Of a stretch of 64,000 nt of DNA, positions 37,405 to 51,574 are shown one piece after another. The position numbers and the translations under genes were made by a program. Numbering within the stretch: the first letter of the stretch is position 1; each line of letters begins with the position of its first letter. The notes under the pieces were generated by a model, which was given only the letters and a program-made list of their open reading frames with translations, was not told where the DNA came from and did not search any database. This DNA is from Hemiscyllium ocellatum (Eukaryota): positions 744,001-808,000 of the forward strand of contig NW_026867607.1 in assembly GCF_020745735.1 (NCBI RefSeq). Direction: 5' to 3'.

Positions 37405-40400
37405 ATGGAGTGACTGTGATGGTGGGGGCGTATATTGGGGAGTAAATGAGACGGTGGTAGAGTGTGCAGGGGAATGAGTGTGACAGTGATGGTGTGGAGG
37501 ATTGACGATTATGGTGATGGAATGTGAAGGGGAGTAAGAATGACTGTGGCATTGTGCAGGGGAGTGAGCATAATGATGTGGCTATGTGCAGAAGGTGTGT
37601 GCTTGACAGTGTGGGTATGAGCGGGGGACTGAGATTGAAGGTCGGGGAATGTGAGGTATGTTTTGGGGAATTATGTTCATGTGGGAGTGAGATGGTGGGG
37701 AGGAGGGAACGTGATGGTGGGGCCGTTCATGGGGGAGTAAATGGGATGGTGGTGTAGTGTATGGTGGAGAGAGCATGACTTTTGGGGGAGAGTGAGGAGG
37801 AGTGCTTGTGAAGATGGAGGAGTGCGTGGTGGAGAGAACTTGCAAGTGGGAGATTTGCCGAGGAGTGAGAGGGGGACTGAGTGTGATGGTGGAGGAGTGT
37901 GTTGGGTAGTGAGCGGGTTGGTGTGGAAGTGCACGGTGAGTTCGTGTGATTGTGGAAGGGTGTGTGGGGGTGCGAGCAGGACTGAGGTGAGTGTTTGGTG
38001 AAGTGATCAGTGGAGTCAGTGTGACGGGGTAGTGAGAGAAACAACGAGCGGGATGGTGTTTGAGGATGCAGAGGAGTACACATGATAATGGGAGAGTGTG
38101 CGAGGGCATAAGCGTGACAGTGTGAGTATGAGTGGGGCCTCAGCCTGATGGTGGGTGAATGTGTGGAGAGTGTGTGTGATGTGATGAGTGTGTGGTGGGC
38201 AGAGTGATCACGGTGGTGTGAGGCTGTGTGATGGAACTGGCATCATGGTGGGGGAGTGTGAGCAGGACTGTGTGTGAAGATGTTCGAGTGTGCTGAGAGT
38301 GCAGCAAGAGGAGCATGAGTGTGGAGGAGTGTGTATTAGAGTGAGACTGACAGTGTGGTAGTGTGCAGAAGCGTGAGGCAATCGGTGGAATTGTACACCA
38401 TGTAGTGAAATTAATGGGAGTTGAGTGTGTGGGAGTGAGGGTCATGACAGAGTAGTGCGCAGGCGAGTGAGTGTGAGATGGGGGAGTGTGCAGCAGAGTG
38501 AGTGTATTGGTGAGGGAATGTGCGCGGGGGCGAAGGTATTAGTGGAAGAGTGAGTGAGAACGGGGAGATAGCGTGAGTTGATGGAATGTACTGGGGAGTG
38601 AGTTGACGGCAAGGGACTGTGCACAGAAGTGAACATGCGGTGGTGGTGTTTGTGAGGAGTGAATGTGATGGTGTTGGGTAGTGGGTGGGGGAGTGAATGT
38701 GATGGTGGGGATTGCATGGCAAAGTTACATTGTAACAGTGTGCAGTGGAATGAGCACAATGGTGATCCAGTGTGCGGGGGTGTAAGTGTGTCAGTGGGTA
38801 AGGGTGCAGCAGAGTCAGCGTGATGATGGAGGAGTGTGCACAGCAGGCAACATGTGATGGTTGAGTGTGTGGGAGAGTGAATGTGATGTAAGGGAAGCGT
38901 GTGGGGGAGTGATGATGCTGGTGGGGGTGTAGGTGTGAATGATTGTGAGGTGGGGGAGTATATAAGCGAGTGAGCGTGAGTTGAGTGAGTGCTAAGGTCA
39001 GTGAGGTGAAAGTTGAGGAGTAGGTAGAGGAGTGAGCATGCGGTGGGGGCAGTGTGCACGGGGTGTGAATGTGATGATATGGTTTGTGTGGGGATGTGAG
39101 CAAAGCAGTGATGGTGCAGGAATGTGCAGAGGAGTGAAGTTGAGTGTGTCGGAGAGTGAGACTGAAGATGGGGAGCATGTGAGAGAGTGAGCGTGATGGT
39201 GGGAGAGGGGTGAGGGAGAGTGCATGACGTTGGGGGAGTATGAGGAGGAGTGTGTGTGAAGAATGGCGAATTTTCTGAGAATGAACTTGAAAGTGGGGTG
39301 TGCGTGGGGAGTGAGCACAGTGCTGAGGGTGATAGTGGAGGAGTGTGTGGGGTAGTGAATGTGACAGTGTTGCATTGTGTGGGGGAATGAGTGTGATGGC
39401 GATGAATATGTAGCTGTGTGAGAATGACCGTGGGAGGTATGTCTGGGAGTGACTAATGGAGTAAACAGGTCAGTAGAGTGTGAGAGGGAATGAGCAGGAT
39501 GGTGTGGGATTACTCAGGGGATTGACCATGATGGTGAGGGACTGTGTGTGGATATGAGCAGGGGAGCCAGCATAATGCAAGAGTGTGAGATACAATGAGC
39601 AGGACAGCGGCGGAGTGTGCATGGTAGGAAGCATAACTGGTGTAGTGAGCGGGGGAGCGAGTGTGGTGGTGGATGAGTGAGTGGGGAAGTATGATTTAAC
39701 AGTTGGGGAGAAAGCAGGAATTGAGAGGGATGATAGGGGCGTGTGTGGGGGAGTGAGCGTGGCAGTGAGGTGTGGGTGAGTGAGTGGGTGACTGTGCATA
39801 ATAGTGGGGTAGTCTGTGGGTAGTGAGCATGCCAATGGGGTAGTGCGTGGGGGAGTGCGCGTGAAGGTGAGAGTGTGTGCAGGGAAGTGAGCGCAGTGGT
39901 GTGGGAGAGTGCACTGTAATGGTTGAAGCGTGCAGTGGAGAGAGGGAAATGGTGTGGGTGAGTAAAAAATTGTTAAAATGATGATGGGGTGTGTGCAGGG
40001 GAGTGAGCACGATGGTGCAGGAGTGTGCGTGGGAGTGAGGTGAGAAGAGAGAATGTGTAGGGCAGTGAGCACGACGGTTGGGGAGTGATGGGGATTAGCG
40101 TTATGGTGATGTATTGTGAGGCAGAGTGAGTGTGATGGTAGAGGATTGAGCAGTGCAGCTTGTGTGACAGTGAGGGATGTGAGCAGTGGAGTGAGTATGA
40201 CATTAACCGACAGTGAGGTGGAGTGATCTTGACAATGTCAGTGTGCAGGGACGCGAAGGGCATGGTAGGAGAATGTGCAGACAAGTGATCATGGTATTGA
40301 GGTAGTTTGCGGGTGAGCATCGCGGTGTTAGAGAGCCCAGGGGTGTTAGTGGAGAGTTACCATGGCGCAGGGTATTCCGTGGGGGAGTGAGCATGATGGT

Positions 40401-43400
40401 GTAGCAGTGTACAAAAGCGAGCATGATGGTAAGGGAGTGTGGAGGGGAGTCAGTGTGATGGTGTGGAAGTGTGGGTTAAAGTCTGCGTGATGTTGGGGGC
40501 GAGTGTATGACAAGGAGCTTGAGGTGAGTGGTGTACGGGTGAGTGAATGTGATGGTAGGTGAGTGTGCGTGGGACTGAGGATGATGGTGCGGGGTGCACA
40601 GAGAAGAGAGCAGAGGAGTGACCTCGATGGTGGTTTAGTGTGTCAGGGAGTGAGCGAAGGACGAAGAATGGCGGTTTTTTACAGTGCAGGGAATGAGTTT
40701 GATGGTGGAGCAGTGTATGGTCGAATGAGCATGATGGTCGGGGGAACTTGACCTTGGAGTGTATGCAGGAGAGTCGGTGTGACAGTGCGTGAGCATGCTG
40801 GACAGTGAGGGTGACGTTGGCGGATATTAATGGGGTGACTCTGATGGTGGCCGGGTCTGCAGAGGTGTGACTGTCACGATGGGGGAAAGTGCAGCAGAGT
40901 CAACTTGTTGGCGTGTGACTATGCAGAACAGTCAGTGTGCAGGTTGGAATGTGTCTGGGGACTGACTGTGTAGGTAGGGAAGAGAGTGCAGAATTGATTG
41001 TGAGCGTGTTGACATGTCAGTGTGGCAGTAGGGGATTGTGCAGAGTAACTGAGTGGAAGAGTGAGGGTGATGGCAGCGGAGTGGGTATGGGATTGAACAT
41101 GGTGGTTTGAGAATATGCGTGGATGTCAGTGTGGAAGTGACCGTGTTGGTGGGTGAGCGGGCGTGGGAGTGTGATGATGGGGCAGTGTACCGGGGAGTGA
41201 GCATGACAATAAGGAGTGTGTAAGAGATTGAGGAGATGGTGCGGGAGCATGCAGTGCAGTGATTAAGGATTGGGGAGCGTGCGGTGGAGTGAATGTGATG
41301 TTGTGGGAGTTTGCGGGGGAGTCAGCATGACGGTGGCGGGGTGTGCTGGGGAGTGAGCCTGATTGTGGTGGAGTTTGTGGGTGAGTGAGCGTGATGGTGT
41401 GGGAGTGTTTAGGGAGGGAGCAGTGAAATGAGGGCAACCCATGGGGTAGTGTCTGGGGCAGCGAGCACGGCTGTGCAGGAGTGCAGAAGGATAATACATG
41501 ACGAGGTGTGTGTCCAGCAGAGTGAGTGTGATGGTGGGGAAGTGTGTGGGGGAGTGAGCAAGAGTTTAGGGAAATGTGCCAGGTAGTGGACGTGACAGTG
41601 TGGAAGCATGAAGAGGAGTGAGGGTAACAGTGGAGTAGTGCGTGGAGCAGTGAGTGTATCAGTGCGAGAGTGTGTGGGTGTATGAGTGTGATGGTGTGAG
41701 AGTAACCGGGGGAGTGAGCGGGGAAATGACTGTGATGATGGATTGTCTGGGCAAGTGAGTGTGATTCGGAGGAACTGTGCTGGGTGGAGAGTGTGACAGT
41801 GGGGTAATGTGTGGTGGAGTAAACATAATAGTGGTTGAGTATGAGGGGGAGTGAGTGTGACTTTGGGAGAGTGTGAGGGGACTGAATGTGACGGTGGGGG
41901 AGTGTGCAGTAAAGTGACCATGACGTTGCAGGAATATGTGCTGGAGTAGGTTGATGGTAGGGGAGAATGCGGGGTAGTGAGCATAAGGTGGGGGCATGAA
42001 TTCGGGAATGAGGGTGATAGTGGGGGTTTGTTCAGGGGGGTGAGCATGACGGTCGAGGAGCCTACAGGGGAGGGAGTATGACCATGGGAGGGTATGCATT
42101 GGAGTGACTGTGATGTTCAGAGATTATGTGGGAGAATGAGCGATTGACTGAGCAAGACAATGGGCTTGTGTGTGGGGCTGTGGCGATAGAGTAGAATGTA
42201 ACAGAGTCAGTATGAGGTTGGGCGAGTGTGCGGAGTGTGTGCAGGATTGAGCGTGATTGGGGTGCATGTGCAAGACAGTGAGTGTGACAGTAGGGGTGCG
42301 TGCAGGGGACTGAGCGTGACGGAGGGGGAATGTGTGGGGGAGTGAGTGTGACGGTGGAGGTGCATGTATTTGAGTGGGTATAATGATGTGGGAGTGGCGG
42401 GGAAGTGAGTGCAATGATGGTGGAATGTGCATGGCTGTGTGAGTGACACAGGATGAATGTGTGTGGCACTGAGCATGACGGTGCGTGAGTGAGCAGGGGA
42501 TTGAATTTTACAGTGGTATTGTGTGCGACAGAGTGAGTGGGACGGTGGGAAATTTTGTGGGGGAGTGTGCAAAAAAGTGAGCGTGATGATGAGATAATTT
42601 GTGGTGAGTCAACGTGACAGTGTGGTTGTGTCCGGGAGAGTGAGAGGGGAGTTGTGTGACAGTGTCCCCACGGGGGAGTGAGTGTGATGGCGGGACTGTG
42701 TGCTGGAGAGTGAGCATGATGGTGAGGGAGTGTGCGGGGGAGTTACCATGACGGTGGGGAAGTGTATAAGAGTATCTGTGAGATGGGCATGCAGTGTGTG
42801 GGGCAGGGATTGTGAGGTAGGGGAGGGTGCGGGGGAGTAAGTGTGACTGTGGGTGAATCTGTGTGTGACTGAGGATGACATTGGTGGAGTGTACGGGGAG
42901 TGAGCATGAGGCTGTGGAGTGTGAAGGGTATTTAGGTGACATTGGAGGAATGTGTGGAGGAGTGTGTGGTATGCAGTGAGCAGTGGAGTTGAACATGATG
43001 GTGGGAGAGTATGCAGGGGAGTGACAGGTGATGTCAGGTGAGTGTGCAGGAGAGTGAGTGCGATGGCGTGGCTGGGTACAGGGGAGTGGACATGACGGTT
43101 TGTGAGTATGCATGGGACTGATGATGACAATGCGGAGTGTTTGGGAGAGTTAGCGTGAGGCTGGGGAATTGCAGCAATTTGAGGTAATGATGGGGAGAGT
43201 GGGGAGGTGTGAGTGTGAGTTAGGGAATGTAAGGGGGAGTGAATGCGACGTGTGGGATTGTGCGGATTCAGTGTGATGCTGGGAGAGTATGAGTGGGAAT
43301 GAGCAGGGAGTTAGCATGATGGTGGGTGAGTGTGAGGGAGACAGGATGACAGTGGGCTAGTGCATGGGAGAGTAAACATGCCGCTTTGGGACCGTGCAGG

Positions 43401-46310
43401 AACAACAGCGTGAAAGCCGGTGAGTTTGTAGGGGAATAAGCATGACAGTGCGGGAGTGTACAGGTTAGTGAGCGGGTGAGTGACCATGATGCCAGATGAT
43501 TGTGGGCAAGTGAGTGTGATGGTCGGGCAGTGTACGGGGGAGTGAGCATGACGGTAGGGAGTGATGGGGGATTCAGTGTGAGTTTGGTGGAATACTTGAG
43601 AGAGTCAGTGTGATGGTGAGTGAGTGTGCTAGGCAGTGTGCATGATGATAGCTGATGTTAAGGGGAGCGAGTGAATCGGTGGGGAGTGTTGATGTCGTGA
43701 ATATGGTTGACGGTGAAAGTTGATGTTGTGTATACGGATTTCACTGAGTCGTTTGATGATGTTCCCCACTGTAGACTATTGCACAAAATAAGGAGGCATT
43801 GAATAAAGGGTGATTCAACGTTTTGGGTTATAAATTGGCTAGCTGAAAAAAAGACAGAGTGTGGTGGTTGATGGAAAATTTCCTTTCTGGAGTTCAGTTA
43901 CTCATGGAGTACGGCAAGGATCTGTTTTGCGTCCACTGCTGTTGTCATTTTTTTAAGAGACCCAGATGAGGGCACAGAAGATTTGGGTAAAAATATGCAG
44001 ATGACACGAAGTTTGTTACAATGGTGGGTAGTGACGACGGATGTTGTATGTTACAGAAGGTCATAAATAAGCTGCACTGCTGGACTGGAATGTGTCAAAT
44101 GGAGATTAATGCGGAAAAGAATGAAGTGATTCACATTGGACAAAGTAGCAGGAATGCAGAGAACTGTGTTAATGGCAAGATTCTTGGTAGTGTCGTTGAG
44201 CAGAGACATCTGGGTGTCCAGGTACATCGGGGGTCTGTGCAGGTGGGGTGGGGGGTGAACATGATGGTGGGGGGAGTATTCAGGGGAGTGAGTCTGACAG
44301 TGCGGGAGTGTAGAAGGAAGTGAACATGATGTTTGGGGAGTCTGCAAGAAGAGTGAGAAAACAATGGAGGAGTGTGCAGAGGAGTGGGCGTGACCGTGAG
44401 GAAGTGTGTGCGGGAGTGAGGGTGACTGTGAGGGAGTGTGCAGAGGAGTGAACGTCACAGTGAGGGAGTGTGTATGGTAGTGTTCACGATGATAGGGTGT
44501 GTGCACATTAGTGAGTGTGATGGTGTGGGAGCGTGCGGGGGAGTGAGTGTGACTGCAAGGCAGTGTGTGCAGGAGTGAGAGTGATGGTTGGGGAATATAC
44601 AGGGAGTGAATGTGTTGGCGGGAGAATGTGTGGGGAGTGCCTGTGACGGTGGGCAATGTGTGGGGGAGTCAGACTGACTGTGGGGGAATGTGTGGGGGAT
44701 TGAGTATGGTGGTGGGAGAGAGTGCGAGGAATTGAGCATGAGGTTGGGGTAATATGTGGTGGAGTTACTGTGGCACTGGGGTGTGTGTGTCGGGGAGTGT
44801 GCATGATGGTTCTGGAATGTGCGGGATAGTGATCACAACGGTGGGGTGTGTGCAGGGTAATAAGCGTGTCGGTGGGGAAGCATAAGAGGTAGTGAGCGTG
44901 ACGGTGTGGGAATGTGAGTGAGAGTGTGTGGTGTAGTAAGCGTGATGGTGTGGGAGTGTGTAGAGGAGTCAGCATGACGTTGTGAGAGCATGTGGAGGCA
45001 TGGCATGACGGTGTGTGAGAACGGAGGCAGTGAGTGGGGAAGTGAGTTTGATACTGTGGAGAGTGTGGGGGAGTCAGTATGATGGTGGAGGAGTGTGCAG
45101 GGGAGTGCACGTGGCAATGTGGGAGTGTACAGGGGAGTGAGTGACAGAGGTGGAGTTTGCGGGCAAGTGAGTGGGATGTTGTTGCAGGTGCATTGGAGTT
45201 AGTGAAAATGTTGGGGAGGATGAGGGAGAAGTTGAGTAACAATGGGTGAGTGTATTGGGCAGTGATTGTGATGCTGGGAGTGTGTGCAGGGGAATGAGTA
45301 TGAGGGTGGTTGAATGTGTAGGGGAGTGACTGCGCGATTGACTGGGGGAGTAAGTGGGTGAGTGGGCGTGATGGTGTTGGAGTGTGCAGGGAAGTGAACA
45401 TGAATCTGTGCAATTGTGCTCGGAAGTGAGTTTGACAATACAGGATGTGCAGCAGAGTGATTGTGATGGCGGAGGAATGTGCAGGAGAGTGAACAGAGGA
45501 GAAAGCATGACCTTGGGGGAAGTGCGCAGGGGAGTGAACATGATGGTGGGGAATGTGAAGGGGAGTGAGGGTGATGGTGGTGGACTGCTTGGGATACTGA
45601 CCTTGACGGTGGGGTGTGTGCAGGGAAGTGTGCATAATGGTGAGGGAGTGTGTGGCAGAGTCAGTGTGAAGATGGGGAGTGTGACGGAATGTGAGTGTGA
45701 TGGTAGGGGAGAGTACGAGTATTGAGCCTTATGGTGGGAGCATTGTGGGGAAATGAGTGTGAGCAAAAAAATTAGCGATTGAGAGTGACATTAAAGTAGT
45801 GTGTGGATGAGCGAGTGCAATGGTGTGGGACATTCGCAATAGTGAATATCGCAGTGTTTAGTGATTGAGATGATAGGTGCACAGGGAGTCATCGTGGTGG
45901 TGGGTAATGTGTGAGGATTCAGCGTGGTGATGGAGAAATGTTCAGGAGAGTGAGTGTGATGATATGAGAATGTATGGCGAATAAGTGGAGGAGTTACCAT
46001 GATGGTGCGGGAGTGTGCAGGGGAGTGGGTATGATAGCAGGAGAGCTTGCATGGATGTGAGCGTAACAGTGAGGGAGTGTGCATGGTAGTTAATATAATG
46101 ATGTGGGAGTGAGCTTGATTATGGTGGAGTGCTTGGGGAAGTGAGTGAGAAGGTGCACAAGTATGCGGTGGAATCAGTGTGGTGGTGGTGCGTTCCACAG
46201 GGAGTAGGCGTGACAATGGGGGAAGATGTGGATGACATTGTTTGGGTTTACTGGGAGTGAGCATGATGGTGGATAGTATGTGTACCAGTGTGATCGTGGT
46301 GGTGGTGGGG
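37405..46310. repeat. ~9-kb degenerate G/T-rich minisatellite, ~32-bp period
   Basis: Recurrent ggggagtgagcatgatggtgggggagtgtgca-like units; strong C depletion on +. Confidence 0.9.
43680..44232 (+). mobile_element. Internal CR1 RT fragment inside the minisatellite
   Basis: gttgatgttgtgtatacggatttc, ggagtacggcaaggatctgttttg (GVxQGSVL), YADDTK. Confidence 0.85.
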
Positions 46311-46519
46311 AGGATCTATTTGCACTTAGCAGTTATATATTCCCTCACACACATACATACAAGCACACACTCCACGATATTATTCAATATAAATTTAGTA
46401 TAAGGTTGAATATTAATTCAAAAACAATTGAAGTCTGAACAAGTGCAATTTCAATGTCAATAACAGACAATTCTAGTATTTCTGGAGTTGGACTTTGCTG
46501 AAGGCATGTCAATGTGTTC

Positions 46520-47356
46520 ATGTTGGGTTACATAGATAATCTGTACAGCTGGGCTGAGAGGTGGCAAATGGAGTTTAATGGGGACAAGTGTGAGGTGATT
46601 CACTTTGGTCGGAATAACCAGAATGCAATGTATTGGGCTAATGGTAAGATTATTGGGCGTGAAGATGAGCAGAGTCATCTCCACGTCCAGGTACACAGAG
46701 CCTTGAAAGTTGCCACCCAGGTTGACAGGGTTGCTCAGAAGGCATACAGTGTTTTAGCTTTTAGTATTGGGGGACCAAGTTCCGGAACCATGAGGTTATG
46801 ATGCAGTTATACAAAACTCTGGTGCGGCTGTATTTGGAGTATTGTGTGCAGTTCTGGTCACTGCATTAGAAGGATGTGGAAGCTTTGGAAAGGGTGCAGA
46901 GGAGATTTACTCGGATGTTGCCTGGTATGGAGGGAAGGTCTTAGGAGGAAATGCAGAGGGATTTGAGGCTGTTTTCGTTAGAGAGAAGGAGGTTGAGAGG
47001 TGACATAATAGAGGCATATAAGATAATCAGAGGGTTTGATAGGGTGGACAGGGAGAGCCTTTTTACAAGCATGGTGAAGGCGAACACAAGGGGGCATAGC
47101 TTTAAATTGAGGGGTGACAGATATAGGACAGATGTCAGAAGTAGATTCTTTACTCAAAGTAGCAAGTGTATGGAATGTGTTGCCTCCAAAGGTAGTAGAT
47201 TCGCCAACTTGAAGTGCATTTAAGTCATCATTGGGCAAGCATATGAACGTACATGGAATAATGTAGGTGAGATGGGCTTCAAATAGGTATGACAGGTCGG
47301 CGCAACATCGAGGACCGAAGGGCCTGTACTGCACTGTAATGTTCTATGTTCTATGT
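46520..47356 (+). mobile_element. CR1 3' fragment
   Basis: WAERWQMEFNGDKCEVIHFG; LFSLERRRLRGDII; tail gttctatgttctatg. Confidence 0.88.
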
Positions 47357-47524
47357 CCAGATTATTTTGAAAAAGCGGAAAAATAAGCATACTGAAGGCA
47401 AGAACAGGATGTTGAAGAGTTTAAAGGCCTAGTCATGCGTTTCAGTGGAGTTATCCTCCTGCCAATGATTACACAAACGGCAGGTTTCATACAATCTCCA
47501 CATTCTGGAAACAGGACATTCACC

Positions 47525-47785
47525 CCGTCAAGTTGGATCATCACTCCGAAAATCAGCCCACGCAGCGCCACTCGCAACCCTTGTATTCCCCATGATTAAC
47601 CCGCCTAGCCTGCGCATTATGGTCAATTTGGCATGATCATCACACCGAACAGGCACATCGTTGCATTGTGGGATGAAACCCACAAAGATTCGTGGAGAAT
47701 TTGTAAAATGCACAAGGGCAGTAATCCAATTCTGAGACCGAACCCAGTATGTGGAGCTGTGAGGCAACAGTGCTGGCCATTGTTA
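47525..47785 (-). mobile_element. HE1-type SINE, diverged
   Basis: Reverse SINE features: tgtgggatgaaaccc, gaacccagtatgtggagctgtgaggcaacagtgct. Confidence 0.7.
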
Positions 47786-48009
47786 ACACAAAACCATGGA
47801 AGAAACCAGGTAAATTCAATTGTAATTGGTCAACGAGATTGATACATCAAGGTTTATTTTTCTTACAAACAATGAAAACAAGTTTTTGACTTTATGGAAG
47901 ACTGGTGGCAGTGTTTAATTCTCTAGTTTTCCAGCAAAAATTAGATGATGTGCAAGATGTTTTGAAAGTAGATAAATGCACTGCACTCAAAACTCCAAAG
48001 TTAATGTAG

Positions 48010-49030
48010 TCCAAATTAGACCATAAAACATTGCAACACAGTGCAGGCTCTCGATGTTGCCCCGACGTGTGGAACGAATCTGAAACCCAAATAACCCACG
48101 CTATTTCACTCCGTTCCATATGCCGATCCAATGACCATTTCATATACGTAAAGTTGGTGAGTCTACTACAATTGCAGACCGTGCTTTCCACGCCTCTACT
48201 ACTATGTAAGTAAAGAAACTACCTCTGACATCTGTCCTATATTTGTCACCCCTCAATTTAAAGCTATGCCCCCTTGTGCTCGCCATCGCCATCGGAGAAA
48301 ATGGTCTCTCTCAGTCCACACTATCTAACACTTCGAATATCTCGTATTTCTGAACTAAATCAACTCTCAACGTTCTTCTCTCCAACGAAAACAGCTTCAA
48401 CACTCTCAACCGTTCCTCGTAATAACTTCCCTCCATACCAGACAACATCCAGGTAAATCTTTCCAAAGAACTCTTTCCAAAACTTTCGATTCCTTCTATA
48501 ACATGTTGACCAGAACTGTACGCAATACTCTAATTGTTGCTGCACCAGAATTTTAGACAGCTCCAACATGACCTCATAGTTCCGAAACTCAATCCCTCTG
48601 CAATCTCTCTGCTCACCTTCACTACCAAGAATCTTACCATTAGCCGATTGCTCTTTATTCTTCTTACTCTTTCCGAAGTGAACTACGTCATATTTGTCCG
48701 AAATGAACTCCATTTGCCAACTCTCAGCCCAGCTCTGCAGCTTATCTATGCCCCTTTGTAACCTACAACGTCATTCATCACTATCCACAATTCTACAAAA
48801 GTTGGTGTCATCCTCAAATTTACTAACCCTACCTCTACGCCCTTATCCAGGTCATTTGTAAAAATGATAAACAGCAATGGACACAAAACAGACCATTGTG
48901 GTACATCAGGATTAACTGAGCTACAGGATGGTTATTTCCCATCAACCACCACCCTCTGTCTTCTTTCAGCGAGTCAATTTTTGATCCAAACCGCTAAATC
49001 ACCCTCAATCACATGCCTCCGTATTTTGTG
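48010..49030 (-). mobile_element. CR1 3' portion
   Basis: MEFISDKYDVVHFG...LEYCVQFWS on the minus strand. Confidence 0.85.
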
Positions 49031-49567
49031 TCCAACGTCATTGCTGTTATCCAAATTGCCTAATAATTTAAAGTGAAATGAAATCGTGGTAATTTAGTCA
49101 TATATTGGAGGGTTTTCAATACTGAGCGGTACTTTTAAATCCAACAAAAACACACACGTTACAGCTGAAACTTGCAAAGAAAGTGGCGATTTTCTTTTGT
49201 TGAATCCGGGTATTATTCATATTAGATGGGCTACACTCGTTAGGGTCTTTCAGAATGAAGTCGTATTCATTTTCTTGTTCTTGTTTATTCCATTACCAAA
49301 GTTAGCATCATCTGGAAGTATCTGCACAGCAAAAACAGAGGAAAAGTACATATATATTCCAGTGTGTTTTCATTATACAATCGGACACAGGCCCATCCGC
49401 ATCCTGGATGGAGAAATATCAATGGCTGAGAGGAATTGTACTCATACATTGCAAAGACTCAGAATGCATTAGGAAAAACCAAAGAAAATCTTAGAATTGC
49501 ACCACCATTATGAACAATCTTTGACAATTGACTATAAATTCTGTATCTGATGCATTGTCACTTGCTG

Positions 49568-49690
49568 CCTGCTGATGGAGCCACAGCTCTGAAAGCTCGT
49601 ACTTGCAAATAAACCAGTCAGAATATAACCTCGTGTTGTGTGACTTTGGACTTTTACTACCCTAGTCCATCAGCGGCTCCTTCACTTCAA
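49568..49690 (+). mobile_element. Penelope-type terminal repeat, further family, hammerhead core mutated
   Basis: cctgctga-tggagc-caca-gctct-GAAA-gctc followed by aataaacc...gtgttgtgtgactt. Confidence 0.5.
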
Positions 49691-50261
49691 AATTGAAGAA
49701 AACAGCTTATTTGCGTGAACGGGAAGCGATGCTTGATTTCTTGATAGTTGTTCTCTTGTGAAATCGTTTAATTGTGGCTCCTTCTACTCCTACTAAAGTT
49801 CACCCCTGAGAAATTATTTTCCCGTTTATGTTTACTGGTTGCTAAGCCAACATCAACATGGCATACCCAACTATTCCCAATTTGATTTAATTAAGCACAA
49901 AAAACATTGTGGTCCTTTCACTTGATTATTTAAAATGGCGCTTCCATTATAAGTTTGATAGATACACCCTCGGGGATTTCAGATTCCACTCAGTATTTGA
50001 ACACACTTGCATTGATATTTATCCATTCACTTCACTGCATGACACACAAAACTCGTGAATCCAAATACACTGCGTGAAGATAAAATTCATATCTGGGTTA
50101 TTGTGGGTGACTTTGAAAGGGTCAATCTGTGTATTACGCAGGTCAGAATGTGTACGGTGCAACATTAGTGACAGATAGAAAGAAAGAGAGAGTGCGACAG
50201 GAACAGCAAGGCACACGGAGAAATTAGAATCCAGGAAACTAGAATTAACATCATCCAGTCG

Positions 50262-51345
50262 TAGAATTATAGAGATGTACAGCATGTAGCAGACCCTTCC
50301 GTCCAACTCATCCATGCTGATCTAATATCCCAACTAAATCTAGTCTCACTCGTCAGCACCCGGCCCGTGGCCCTCCAAATCCTTCCTATTCATATACCAA
50401 TCCAGTTGCTTTTTAAATGCAGCAATTGGACTAGGCTCTGGCAGCTCCTTCCATGTGTGCACCACCATCTGCGTGAAAAAGCTGTCCCTTAGGTCCTTTT
50501 ACATCTTTCCGGTCTCGCCATAAACCTATGCCCTCCGTTCTGCACTAAACCCATTCCAGTAAAAAGACTTTGCCAAATTATCCTATGCATGATGCTCATG
50601 ATTTTATACACCTCTACATGGTGATGCTTTAGCCTCCGACGTTCCAAGGAATACAGCGCAGTCTACTCAACCTGTCCCTATAGCTCAAAGTCCCCAACCC
50701 TGGTTACATCCTTATCAATATTTTCTGAATCCTTGCAAGTTTCACAACATTCTTCTGATAGGAGGGAGACCAGAATTTCACGCAATATTCCAAAAAGAGC
50801 TGATCCAACGTCCCGTACAACCACAACATGACCGTTCAAATTATTTACTCAATACTCTGACCAAGAATGGAAAGCATACCAATCGCCTTCTTCGCTATCC
50901 TGTCCAACTGCGACTCTACTTTCGCAGCTGTGAACCTGCTCTCCAAGGTCTCCTTCGTCAGCAAAACTCCTTGGAACGTACTATTAAGTGCATAATTTCT
51001 GCATGATTTGCTTGTTGAAATGCAGTAACTCACATTTATCTTCATCTACTACTCGTTAGCCCATTTTCCCTCTGATCAAGATCCCGTTGCAACCTAAAAT
51101 TGCATTCTTCACTGTCCAATATATTCCCAATATTGGTATCATCTTCGAAATTACTAACTGTACCTCTTATGTTCATATCGAAATAACTTATGTAAATGAC
51201 AAATATTCGAGGATTCAACAGCGAACAATGTGGCACTCCACTGGTCACAGGCCTCCAGTCTGAAAAGTAACGCTCCACCAACACCACCTGTCTTCTAGTT
51301 TTGAGCCACTTCTATATCCAAATGGCTAGTTCTCTCTATATTCCA
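50262..51345 (-). mobile_element. CR1 3' portion
   Basis: WRPVTSGVPHCSLL...FEDDTN on the minus strand. Confidence 0.85.
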
Positions 51346-51574
51346 CAAATCACTCTAATGCAGCTTAGTTTTTGATTAACACAGAAACAGTCATAAAACT
51401 TCAAAGAAGTATTCGAATATTGAGAGATGATACTTTGAACAAAACGTACACACTCCAAAACACTCAAATATAATCTAATAATTGTTACTCGATATTTGGG
51501 CTAAAAATTGCTGAAACGTCCATGAAACAAATCCTGGGCATAGTCTGCAAAAGCCAATGGTGACATGACTCCAG

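Noticed and set aside
37223-46264. Many long His/Thr/Pro/Ser-rich minus-strand ORFs (up to 375 aa)
   Set aside because: By-product of the C/A-rich strand of the minisatellite, which has few stop codons. They overlap in all frames and show no domains.
15745-46310. CRISPR-like arrays among the tandem repeats
   Set aside because: The repeats are contiguous and degenerate with no unique spacers, there are no cas genes, and the context is vertebrate.
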